DNA of 64,000 nucleotides from Thermodesulfovibrionales bacterium (GTDB taxonomy: Bacteria > Nitrospirota > Thermodesulfovibrionia > Thermodesulfovibrionales > UBA9159). Each line of letters starts with the position of its first letter. Positions within the stretch are counted from its first letter, which is position 1. Positions 10,001-22,000 of the stretch are shown here, in pieces. Under the pieces are notes generated by a model that saw only the letters and a program-made list of their open reading frames with translations, searched no databases and had not been told where the DNA came from. The DNA lies in NCBI GenBank assembly GCA_035686305.1, contig DASRZP010000052.1, forward strand, positions 9,723 to 73,722, in the 5' to 3' direction. A program made the position numbers and the translations under genes.

Positions 10001-13000
10001 TAGTCCGCCCGCCCCGAAGGACGGTGACATCGTCTCCATCACCGCGACAATCAGGAACATTGGCGAGCAGGGCGCCTCCAACGTGCTTCTTACCGCCTAT
10101 GAAGGAACATCGGTTATCGGTTCTCAAACAACTGCCTCCATAGCGGGTGATTCGGCTGCAACTGCAACGTTCAGCTATGACACCAGCCTGAAGAGCGGCC
10201 CCCACCAGATAACGGTGGTCGTGGACCCCAACAATACAATCACCGAGCAGAGCAAGGACAACAACAGCGCATCGAGGAGCTTCGGCGTGCAAAACGCGGA
10301 CCTGTGGCTGACGGAACAGTACATCTCGCCCAACGGCGACGGGGTCAAAGACAACATGCAGTTCTTCTTCAGGCTCAATGCGGCCCAGACGGTCAAGGTT
10401 ATCGTGGTGAATAAGAAAGGCGAAATCGTGAGGACTTTCTCCGGCAACGATCTGCAGAACACCGCAGCCAGTAGTGTGACCTGGGATGGCCTCAATGATG
10501 ACGGCATGGTCGTCGATGACGGCCAGTACCAGATCACGGTAGTTAACGGCAATGGCGCTTCCCTCGGGAGCCTCAATGTCACCGTGGACAACAACAGGTC
10601 TCCTCTTTCGGATGCGATAGGCACGAAGTACCTGCGGAACAACAACCTCACCTGCATGCTTCCCGACCTTGGTTGTTGGCAGTGGCTGCCCGATGAGAGC
10701 GGAAGCGTATTTCTTGTAGAATGGCCCAGTTCAAATGCGCCGGAGTATCCCACCGGCTTCTACACAATGGCGCCCGACGGGGGAGATATAACGAGACTTG
10801 TCCCCAAGGAATGGACCCAGGGGCTGGACCCGACATACGATTACTATTACGAAAACTATGCGCTTTCGCCTGACGGGGCAAAGATCGCTCTTCTACTGAA
10901 TAAGGTTAACAGGCAGTGGGGCTCGACCGAGGGGACCCAGTTATGGACGGTTGACAGAGACACGCAAGATCTGATCCAGATTGACTCCGGTAGAAGCAGT
11001 TATGGCGCTGATCTGAAATGGGCGCCCGACAGCCAGAGGCTTGTTTATTCCTTCTACAGTCAGGACACATACCGTACTGATCTCTGGCTGGTCAATAAAG
11101 ACGGCGCAGGGAAGATAAAGATTGACTCAGGTCTTGCCTGGATCGACCTGCAATGGCTGTCTTGGCCGGACAACGGCAGGAATATGGTTTATGCATATTA
11201 TGACCTTGATGCAAAAGGGAACTATGTCCCCAGAATGAGGGCCTCCGATCCCTCCGGTAACAGACGGGACATCTCCTTATCGCCTCTGATTCGTGGTGAT
11301 ATAGGGTCGGCAGATTGGATGACCAATCAAAAAGTCGTGCTTTCCGCCTATGACTCGAATACAGGGGATAGTAATCTCTGGCTCATCGACACTACAGAGG
11401 GTGGCAATCCCAAGAGACTGACAGCCAGCCTGAACACCTTTTCCTTGTCGCCCGGCAGAAACCTTGTGGCGTATGCTGAGCCTTATCGTCAATCCCGAAC
11501 CGCCCGTCTCACTGTCGCAGATACGGCCGCCAATGTTTATTACAGCCATGATTTCACATCCGGATACTGCTATAGTGCAATAGATCAGATCACATGGTCT
11601 CGTGACGGAAAGAAGGTGGCTTATATCGAGAAGGGAGGATGCGGTGACGCCCGGCAGGCAGTGCCGTTGCTCATGGTAGTCGATCTGGCTTCCTTGAAGG
11701 AGGTCTCTATTGCGCTGCAGCATCCGGACTCCATGGACTGGTTGCCTGACGGAGTACATATTGTGCTGGGAGACAGTAATGATAAGATCTTCGTCGTTAA
11801 CTCCGAGACGGCGGAAGTGGCGCAGATATATGGTAGTCCACAAGGTTCAGGCAGCTTGCTTGCCTCAGTTTCACCTTTGGGAGACGAAATAACGTATGAA
11901 GAGCCTGTGGACCCCTCGAGTGCCTGTTACGGCAGGGCTTCTGCTGACCTGTGGGCGATCAGTTCGCTCATGAACCTGACCGCTGACCTCAGGGCAACCA
12001 AGGACAAATCGGCCGTGGTCCTTAGCGGTACTGCTGCTGACTTGAACTTCGAAAGTTTCAGAATAGATTATGCCGATGCGAATAGTCCGACCCTCTGGAA
12101 TCTCATCTCCCCACCTTCAAGCGTCCCCGTCCTTGACGATACCTTCACCATGTGGGTCCCACCACATGAAGGCACCTTCCTTGTAAAGCTGACCGTTTCG
12201 GATAAGGCGGGCAATGTCAAGGAGAACATCAAGAGGGTCTCCTGGGGCCTTTCGACAAGCATAACGAACCTCTACAAATCTGCAGACATCTTCTCCCCCA
12301 ACGGAGACGGATTAAAGGACAGTGTCAACCTGAGCTACACAGTCGTTGAGCCTGTGCACCTGGAGTTTACCATTTATGACGGCTCTGACAATCTCGTCCG
12401 GAAGATCCATAAGGACTATTCGGCTTACACACTCGATTCGATGACCTGGGATGGGAAAGACGAATCAGGCAAGATCGTAGCAGACGGCAAGTACAAGATC
12501 AAGGTATTCAGTTACGAGTTCTTCGTCGAAGTCGACACCACGCCGCCTGATGCGAGTGTGGCTATAAGGAATATCAGGCAACTGCTTCACTGTGACCAGG
12601 GCTCTTCTGAAATGTCTGTCAATGTCATGGGCCATGTTTTTGATAAGAACCTGAAGAACTGGGTCATCGAATACGGTGAGGGGGACAACCCTCAGCAGTG
12701 GTATTCGCTGCAAAGCGGCTCAAATCAGGTCGTTGCAAGCGACGCAGACGGCAAGCCCATTCTGAACCCCGCACAGGACGCAGTGATCACGACATTTAAT
12801 GATGACTCAATCGGGATGCTCGTCGGAAAAACACTGAGGATCAAGGGTGAAGACCTCGCGGGCAACAGGAAGACCGTGACTTCGAGGTTCCCTGAGGAGA
12901 CACTGTACATACTCCACGTAGATGTAGAGCCTGTCTTTCTCTTTGATGCCTGCCCAGGAGGAGCGCTGAACGCTGTTACATTGAAAAGCAGCGGGACCCA

Positions 13001-16000
13001 TGGCATAGGAGTCCTGAACACAATAAGGCTGCCGATCACGAGTATGAACGTTCAGTATTCATACGGGGGACAATGGATCGACACGCCCGCTGTGGATAAC
13101 CCGCAGCCCGGGGAGATAAGTCTGACGTGGAACGACTCGGGTCTCCACATGACTAAGATAGGGGGAATGAGGATAAGAGCCGTCGACGTTCTCGGCCAGG
13201 AGCATTATTCAAATGTTGTTACTTTCACAGAGTCCTTTGGGATCAACTGCGACAAGAACGGCAATGCCTATGGAACAAACAGTCTCTTCGAAGACCTGAC
13301 GTCTCTGGAATTCCAGGTGAAGAGCGATCGGAGTCCGCAGTATTCCGCATGGGACAGTCGATATGCCGATTGGACGAAATATGCCTCTTTTGATACGGCC
13401 AAAAGAGACAGGGTGCCGAGGGGGAACTTCCCTCTTCCTCTTCCTTACATTCAAGCGGGTTTTCATTACCTCATAAAAATGATAGGTGTCGGAACCAGCG
13501 AGACTTCATATGCGGCGCAAGGAGGATATCCCTGTGTACAGGAATGGGGAATCGACCTTTCAGTCGGTTACCCCGAAGCCGACTGCGGCAACGTGTCACG
13601 CAAGGCGTCGCTCGGCGCCACGATTAACGGTGCAATTTCGAACGCGTCTCTCAAGACGTTAAAGTATTACATGGACGGACAGGATGGGTCCGTGAGGCTT
13701 CTCGGGCAATTTGACCTCACCTCTGAAACTTATGGCGCGGTAACAGTCGACACAGCAGCGATGCCGGAGGGGAACTATCCTGTAAGGGCTGTTCTGTCCT
13801 ACCTTGATTCGGATGACAACACCGTAAAGGAAGTGTCGGCCCAGAATAGCATTACGGTGGACCGCGCGCTTCCGTCCGCGAAGATAACCTATCCGGCCCC
13901 TTCAGCCTCAATCTGCGCCATTAAGATATCCGATTTATCCGGCAGCTGGCTCGGCATCCCTATCGAGGGAGCAATCAGCGATAATATCTCGGTAAACAAA
14001 TATCAACTATTTTACGGGGCTGGGACTTCTCCTATAGTATGGACGCCCGCGTCGACCAGACGTGGGAAGGTTGGAGATCTGATGATAGGCTACGGTTCCA
14101 GACAGGGCCGGCTCGGGGTATGGGATGTGACGGAAAGTGTCAACTCCGGACTTTCTGCTGACGGTGAGTTCTCGATACGACTGAAGGTCGTGGATGAAGC
14201 CGGTAATATGGGTTGTGCGTTTCAGAGCTTCTCGATCGATCGGCCTGTTGAGGCTGTCCTGGGCGAGGACAAGGCGGTATTTTCTCCGAACGGGGACGGG
14301 TACTTTGATGATGTAATCGTGAGCTGGGGTCTGAGCAAAGCCGCAAACATTGATGTGATGGTATTTGGGCTGACTCAAGAAAGAGACGGCTCATACACTT
14401 TGGGCCCCACGCCCATCAGGACTATCGCCTCGTCTCTGCGGTCCGCTGGCGGCAGCAATTCCATGTCGTGGGACGGAAAGGACGATTCAAGCGGTGTCGT
14501 GCCTGACGGGCCTTATGCCCTCATGGTGGTAGCGAACGATTCCTGCGGCAATACGACGCAGAAATGGATTCGGGTTGAGGTCGACAATACTTCGCCGACA
14601 GCTGTCATTTCCTATCCGAACTTCGGAGGTCCTTCCGGGAACATCATCGATGTCAGAGGCACAGCCGATGATCCTCATTTCAAAGGCTACATCCTAGAAG
14701 CCGGACAGGGAGACAACCCTGATACGTGGATTACCGTTTCATCAAACATTGTTCCTGTTCGTGACAATGTTCTCGGCTCCTGGAACACCTTCGGCCTTAA
14801 CGGAAGATGGACATTGAGGCTTACCGCAACCGACAGTATTGAAAATAAGAATGTCGTTATGGTTACGGTCGACCTCACTCAGAGGAAGACCCTGGTCAAG
14901 GACCTTAGCGCGACCCCGAGGTTCTTCTCTCCTAACAACGACGGCGTGCTCGACACCGCCGCAGTCGGCTACAGTCTCACCGATTCCTGCCTTGTTGAGA
15001 TCGATATGCTCGACGCCGCAGGTTCTCCGAGAAAAATCTATGCGTTCGCTACGCCTTTATCTGGCGCAAACGCTCTTTCGTGGGACGGCAAGGACAGCAC
15101 GGGAACGACGGTGCCGGAAGGGGTCTATACGGTCAAGCTGCATGCGGCCCTGTCATCAAATCCTGCAGTTGTCGAGGACGAGAGTATAACGGTGATTGTC
15201 GATACTTCTCCGCCCGCGACAGCGGTGGCGCAGCCGCTTATGAATTCCTATTTCAGAGACGATGTGCCGGTTAATGGGACCATCACGGACGCGAACCTTC
15301 TCGAATACTCTGTAAATCTGACCGGTGACGGCGGCATGGCTGTCTTCGATCATGGGAACCAAAACAGGGAGAACTACGCCTTCGGCGTTATGAGCGGCCT
15401 GAATGAGGGGAACTACACTCTTGGAGTGACAGCAACCGACCTCGCCGGAAACAAGGCTGAGAAGAACATATCCTTCACCATAGACAGGACTGCTCCAAAG
15501 GTCATGATTGCCGCGCCTTCAGCCGGAGAGCTTTACGGCACAAACAAGAATGTCATCACCGTTGCCGGCTCGATCGTCGAGAGGAACCTTGACTCATTCA
15601 GCCTGCGGTACGGCCTTGGAGACAACCCGCAGCAGTGGACCGAACTTCTAGGAGGGAACACTTTGCCGGCTAGTTCTCCGCTCTTCACCTGGAAGGTCGG
15701 CAAAAGCGACGGCATTCCCGATGGGTTCTACACCATTTCGCTTTTTGCGAAAGACAAGGTGGAGCTGACTGGTGAGGCCAGGGTCAAGGTCATCGTCGAC
15801 AATAATCCCCCTGACGTCTCGATAACCTTCCCTCCTGATGGTGGATATGTCACAAAACCTGTCGATATCAGGGGGACCGCGTTCGATCCGAACCTTGACG
15901 GATACACCGTCGAATTCTCTGAGGCTCGGTGCGCAAGCGCATTTAAGTGGGGCTCACTGAAGACCTCGACAGCGGCGGTGAAAGACGAGGTTTTAGCTTC

Positions 16001-19000
16001 CTGGCAATTCCTTCCCCCTGATGGCGATTACTGCATCAGGCTGACCGCGACCGACAAGGCAGGCAATAAGTCGGATACTAAGGTCACGGTCAGGGTCGAC
16101 ACCCATCCCCCGGCGCCTCCGGTCCTTTCCGGAACCGTGGAGAGCGGATCGGGATCGAGACTCACCTGGACGAAGAATACCGAGCCGGATCTTTCCGGGT
16201 ATAACCTTTACCGCGACGGCGGGAAGCTGAACACGGCAGTGATAAAGGATCTCTCTTATTTAGATGCAGGGCTCAAGGACGGTCTTTATGTCTATACCGT
16301 TACCGCCGTCGATCTGGCGGGCGACGAAAGCAAACCCTCAAACGATGTGAAACTCAGAATCGGCCTCACACCCCCTGACGCGAAGATGAGCTCACCACAG
16401 GACGGGTCAAGGGTGAGCGGACTCGTGGACATCAAAGGCACCGCGTACAGTTCAACTGATTTCAAGCAATACCGGGTTTCCGTGGGACAGGGAGCTGCCC
16501 CGTCGTCATGGAACGTTTTAAGGACTTCCCCTGTACCGATCTCATACGGTCTTCTCGCCCAGTGGAGCACGCTCGGTCTTTCCGAGGGCGTCTATTCTCT
16601 TAAGCTTGAGGCGGAGAACCTTGCCGGAAACGTCAACACCCAGTTGGTCTCTGTCACGGTCGATAATACGTCCCCTGCACCCCCTGTTCTCATCTCAGCA
16701 ATCGCAAACGGGTCTGATGTAACTGTTACGTGGAAGGCCGACGGCGAGTCTGACCTCGTAGGGTATCTCCTTTACCGGAATGGGCAGATCGCTAATGCAA
16801 AAGGCATTGTGGTGGGAGATCTGAAACCCTATCTCTTGAACGTCGCCGCATATCTGGACAAAGGGGTGCCCGATGGGAAATTCCGGTACCATCTCACGGC
16901 CATGGACCAGGCGGGCAACATGAGCGGCCAGTCCAATGTCATCGAGGTGAATATCGACACCCATCCTCCTCACATGATCATCGGCGATCCTCCGGACGGG
17001 ACGAAGTTTCAGAACAAGATACTCATCATTGCCAACACAGCCGACCTGGACATCGCGGCTGTACAGTTCCAGTACAAGAAGGCCCTTGATTCCGCATGGA
17101 CAAACTTCGGCGCAGTTCTCGGCAAGGCTCCTTATTCCGTCTATCTCGACCCTGCAGCCCTCGGTCTCGCCTATGGAAACTACAATGTAAGGGCCATTGC
17201 AACCGACCTGGGAGGAAAAACCGATCCTTCGCCCACGGCGATCACGCTTACCTATGCCGTCTTGACGCCTCCCGATGGGCCGAAGGGCCTCACGGCGCAT
17301 GCGGATGGGAGCACGGTTACGCTTACCTGGACCGCGAACACCGAGAATGACCTCAAAGGGTATACCGTCTACAGGACATCAGGGGCGACAACCGCGAAGG
17401 CAGGGACGGTGGACGCCCCTTCCGTGACCTATCAGGACAGGGGCCTTGCGGACGGATTTTATGCATATATCATCACCGCGACCAACACTTCGAGCTTTGA
17501 GAGCAAACCTTCCAACAAAGCGGATGCTCATGTCTATGCACCGGTCCTCGGGCAGCCTTACACGCCGACCAAGGAAAAGACCCTGAAGGTGCAGGGAAGT
17601 GATGCGCCTGCGTCCTCCGTGGTTGAGGTCTTCAATGAGACATCGCAGGGCTCCGCATCGGGCGGGATGGTGAATGCGGATGCGCAGGGAAACTTCACTT
17701 TTGCGGCCGCAAGCCTGACCCTGGGAGAAAACAGGATCACGGTTAAGGCGACAGACAGTGCGGGCAACCGCAGCAGGGCCTCGGACCCTGTCGTAGTCGT
17801 CTCCGATGACCCGCCGGCCGCGCCGACGGGCTTCACCGCGTCTGTCAACGCATTCGATGTAGGCTTTGCTTGGAGCGCAAACACTGAGTCGAACCTTTCG
17901 GGTTACAACCTTTACAGGAACGGGACAAAGGTAAATGCGGACTCGGCTATCGTTCCGTCGAACATGACCGCGTCTTCTTCCGATCCGTACAATCCTCCGT
18001 CACATGCCATTGACGGGGATCCAGGAACATACTGGTCCTCACCCTTCGGAAACGGCGTCTTTGAGCCGCTCTGCTTCGAGGTCGACCTGCCGTCTCCCGA
18101 ACTCATTACGCATATCGATCTTCACTGGGGACCCCCGTGGGATCAGGCAGGGAATCTTTATGCGGGCAGAGACTTTGAGGTACAGGTCTGGTCCGGCTAT
18201 GCGTGGATCACCCAAGGCAGCGTGAAGGGTAACGCGGAGAAGGACAATAGTTTTGACTTCGGTCCTTCTTACAGGACTGATAAGATAAGGATTGCCATTT
18301 CCGACACAACGGACGCCTATTATTCGAAACAGGTCTGGCTCTCGGAGATTAGCATTCTCAAGGAAAACCCGATAACCGAGACACAGTACCAGGATACGAA
18401 TCTCCACGATGGGAATTACAATTACACTCTTACCGCCGTCGATTACTACGGTTTCGAAAGTCCGCCGAGCGCGGCCCAGGCAGCAGTGGGGGATGTGACG
18501 CCTCCTGCAACTCCGCAGAATTTGATCGCGAAAGCGACTGCTTCGAGTGTCGGCCTTATCTGGAGCCCAAACACCGAGAAGGATCTCGCCGGCTATTACG
18601 TCTACAGGATGACTTCCCGGGGATGGACGAAGATGAATTCTTCCCTGCTGTTGAGCGCCACGTACACCGACTCAAACCTGACCAACGGCACCTACACATA
18701 CCAGGTGACAGCGGAGGATAAGACGGGCAACGAGAGCCTGCCCTCTCATGAGGCATCGGCTCAGGTGGAGATGGCCCCACCTCAGCCTCCTCAGAATCTC
18801 AAGGTGAGCACAGTGCCGGCAGGCGCCTCTCTCAGCCTGTCATGGGTGTACCCGGGAGGCCTCGCCTCGTCCTTCAATGTCTACCGCGGCACAACGCAAG
18901 GAGGCCCCTACGCAAAGGTCGGCGCCTCTTCCTCGGGCAGCACATCGTATCTTGATACAGGTCTGAAGAACGGCGTCACCTATTGGTTTGTCGCGACCGC

Positions 19001-22000
19001 AGTTGACGGCGTGGGCAACGAAAGTGCGTATTCTTCAGAGGCAAGGGGGACACCCGTCGACACAAATGCGCCGTCAAAGCCCGTCCTTTCTTTCCCGGCT
19101 TTGCAGGGAGTCCCTGCCACTCTTGCCGGCGGCAGCACGGAGATTTCGGGGAGCTCTGAGCCCGCGTCAACTGTGGAGCTTTTCAGAAACGGCATTGCCG
19201 TTGCACAAGCAGTCGCTCTCGAAAACGACGCCTTCCAGGAATTCCCGGGCGGCGATATCTCGGATGTCTCCCTCTCTCCAGATGGGAAATCCCTCGTCTA
19301 CTGTCAGAACAGCTCGGTATGGACAAAGAACCTTGCAGCGGGCAGCCCCGTTCAGATAGACAGTCAGGGCTACAACCCCGTGTGGTCTCCAGACGGAAAG
19401 ACGATTGCTTACATAGGATACGACGCTTCCGGCAGCCACATCCGCCTGTATGATGTCAATACGGCCGTGTCCTCGCCGCTCACGGGCGATGCAAGCCTGT
19501 ATGAATACGCTCAGTCATGGTCTCAAGACGGGTCGATGATCTCCTTTATCACGGGCGACGCAAACTCCCAAGCGGTAAGGATCAAGGACCTCGCTCTGGG
19601 CAGCATCATCGAAGTGGCGGCTGGCGACTCCTACGGCAATCAGAAGATCTCCCGGGACGGCTTGAGCGTGGCATACTTCGATTCCCGCGGGCTCTCCCTC
19701 TTTGATAGTGTGACCGGACAGTCCGTCCTTGTCGATAGCCAGACAGATGGATATTCCCTCGACTGGTCACCGGACAGCAAAAGGCTTGCGTATGTAACGA
19801 CCGGAAACGGCAATTCAGATGTTGCCCTCGTCGGTAGGGAAACCAAAAAAGTGACGCGACTCACAAGCCTGGCAGTTGACGAACTTACCCCTCTCTGGTC
19901 ACCGGACGGAGCTCTGATCCTCTTTACAAGGTATGAGACAAACGGCAGCCTATCCCTTTGGATCATCGCCGCTGACAGCTCAGGCGACGCAATGCTGCTC
20001 AAGCAGGGCCTGCTGAGGCTTGATAATCCGGCTTGGGCAAGGGAAGGGGCGATATCCTATATCGGGGATCAGGGGGCAGTCACCGTGGCTTATCTCAGGG
20101 GCCATTTCAGCTTTGATTCAGTGAAACTCGAACCCGGGGAAAACAGCTTCACTGCTTCGGCAACAGACCGGTCGGGCAATCAAGGCCCGACCTCCGACGC
20201 TGTGTCCGTGGTTTATGACACAAGTCTGTTGCCCGACCTTGTGGTAACAGAGGAGGACATTACGATATATCCGCCGTACCCCGTAGTGGGACAGACAGGG
20301 CTTGTAACGGCGACGGTGAGAAACGCGGCCACGGGCGACGGGAGCAATGTCACCGTGAACGGCTATCTCTGGGACTCCCAGGGCAATGTGAGCCTGTTGA
20401 AGTCGGATATCATCTCATCCATCCCTGCTGGCTCGTCCCGATCTATAAGTTTTAACCTTGATACGGCGGGCAGATCGGGTGAGATCAAGATCGTTGTTGC
20501 AGCCGACCCCACAAATGCAATCATCGAGCGCGACAAGACGAACAACGTGGCCATCAAGAAGTTCTCCGTTGCGGAAAAAGAGGGGATAGCCATGAGTACG
20601 ACCCTCGATTCCGACCAGTACACGAGCAGCCGGGACGTGAAGATCCTTGTTGACATCAAGAACAGCGGCATTGATAAAGACGCTACCATTACAACATTGA
20701 TCGAGGATGCAGGCGGGCATCAGGTAACACTGTTCGATAAGAGGACCTTACGTCTGCCCTATGCTTCATCCCAGGTTTACAGCCTTCTCTGGAACAGCGG
20801 TCCGACCTATGCAGGCCCCTATAGGGTCCATACGTCCCTGACGGACGGAACATCTGTCATAGCCGAAAACATCGTTCCCTTTACGATACTTCCTGACATA
20901 AACCTCGACTCCTCTCTTGTAACGAACAAGACGGTATATGGTTCAAAAGAGGACGTCTTGATAGGCGTCAGTATCAAGAACAACGGGAAGAATTATGTTA
21001 TCCCTGACCTTAAGGCAACAATGAAAGTTTCCGACGCCTCAGGCAATGTCTTATTCGCTGAGGATAAGAGCATTGCCAATCTTCTGCCCGGGGCCTTAGC
21101 GACCTTGAGTTCCACCTGGAACACCGGTCTCAGTCTGCCCGGCGATTACAGCGCCTCTGTAGATATTTATATTTCTGACAAACGAATCCTGAGCACGTCT
21201 GGATCCTTCAAGATAAGCGGCTCGTCAGTCATTACCGGCAGTGTGGCGGTCACGCCCGCTGTCGTCATTTATGGCAATACCGCCGAGGCCGATTATGCGG
21301 TTCAGAATATCGGCAATGCCGATGTCAGCGGTATGTCTATCAATCTTCTCATTACAGACCTTGAAACGCAGACGATCCTCGCGTCTCACCACGAGAGTTT
21401 TGACCTCCTGAAGAATGGCGCGAAGAGCGGAAAGGCTACATTCCCGACACAGGGCTATGCACTGAAGACTTATGGCGCTGTGCTTCAGTATATTCATCAG
21501 GGCACCACAAAGACCGTAGCAACCACTTCCTTTGCTGTCAAAGACGGAACACCGCCTCTCGTGAGCATCAACTCTCCTCGGGCGGGCAACTCTTACAATG
21601 CAAAGTTCGACATATCCGTTACCGCCACGGACGATGCATCCGGCGTAGACAGGGTTGAATACCAGATCGACAAAGGTGCATGGAGTGTCCTGCCTGTGTC
21701 AAATCCATCCGGAGGGAGATACAAAACGACATGGGCGCCGACCTCTGCAGATAACGGAACCCATAGTATCGGTTTCAGGGCGACCGATGAGGCGGGTAAT
21801 ACCAGTCAGCCATTCTCCATAACGATAACAATAGACGTGAACAATGCTCCTCCCACAGGGAGCGTAACCATAAATAATGGGGCTGCTTACACCACAACGA
21901 CGGCTGTGACGCTTTCCCTTAATGCCACAGGCACCGGCGGCGGGGTGGCGAAGATGTGCCTGAGCAACACGAGTGCGTGCACGGCGTGGGAGGATTATGC

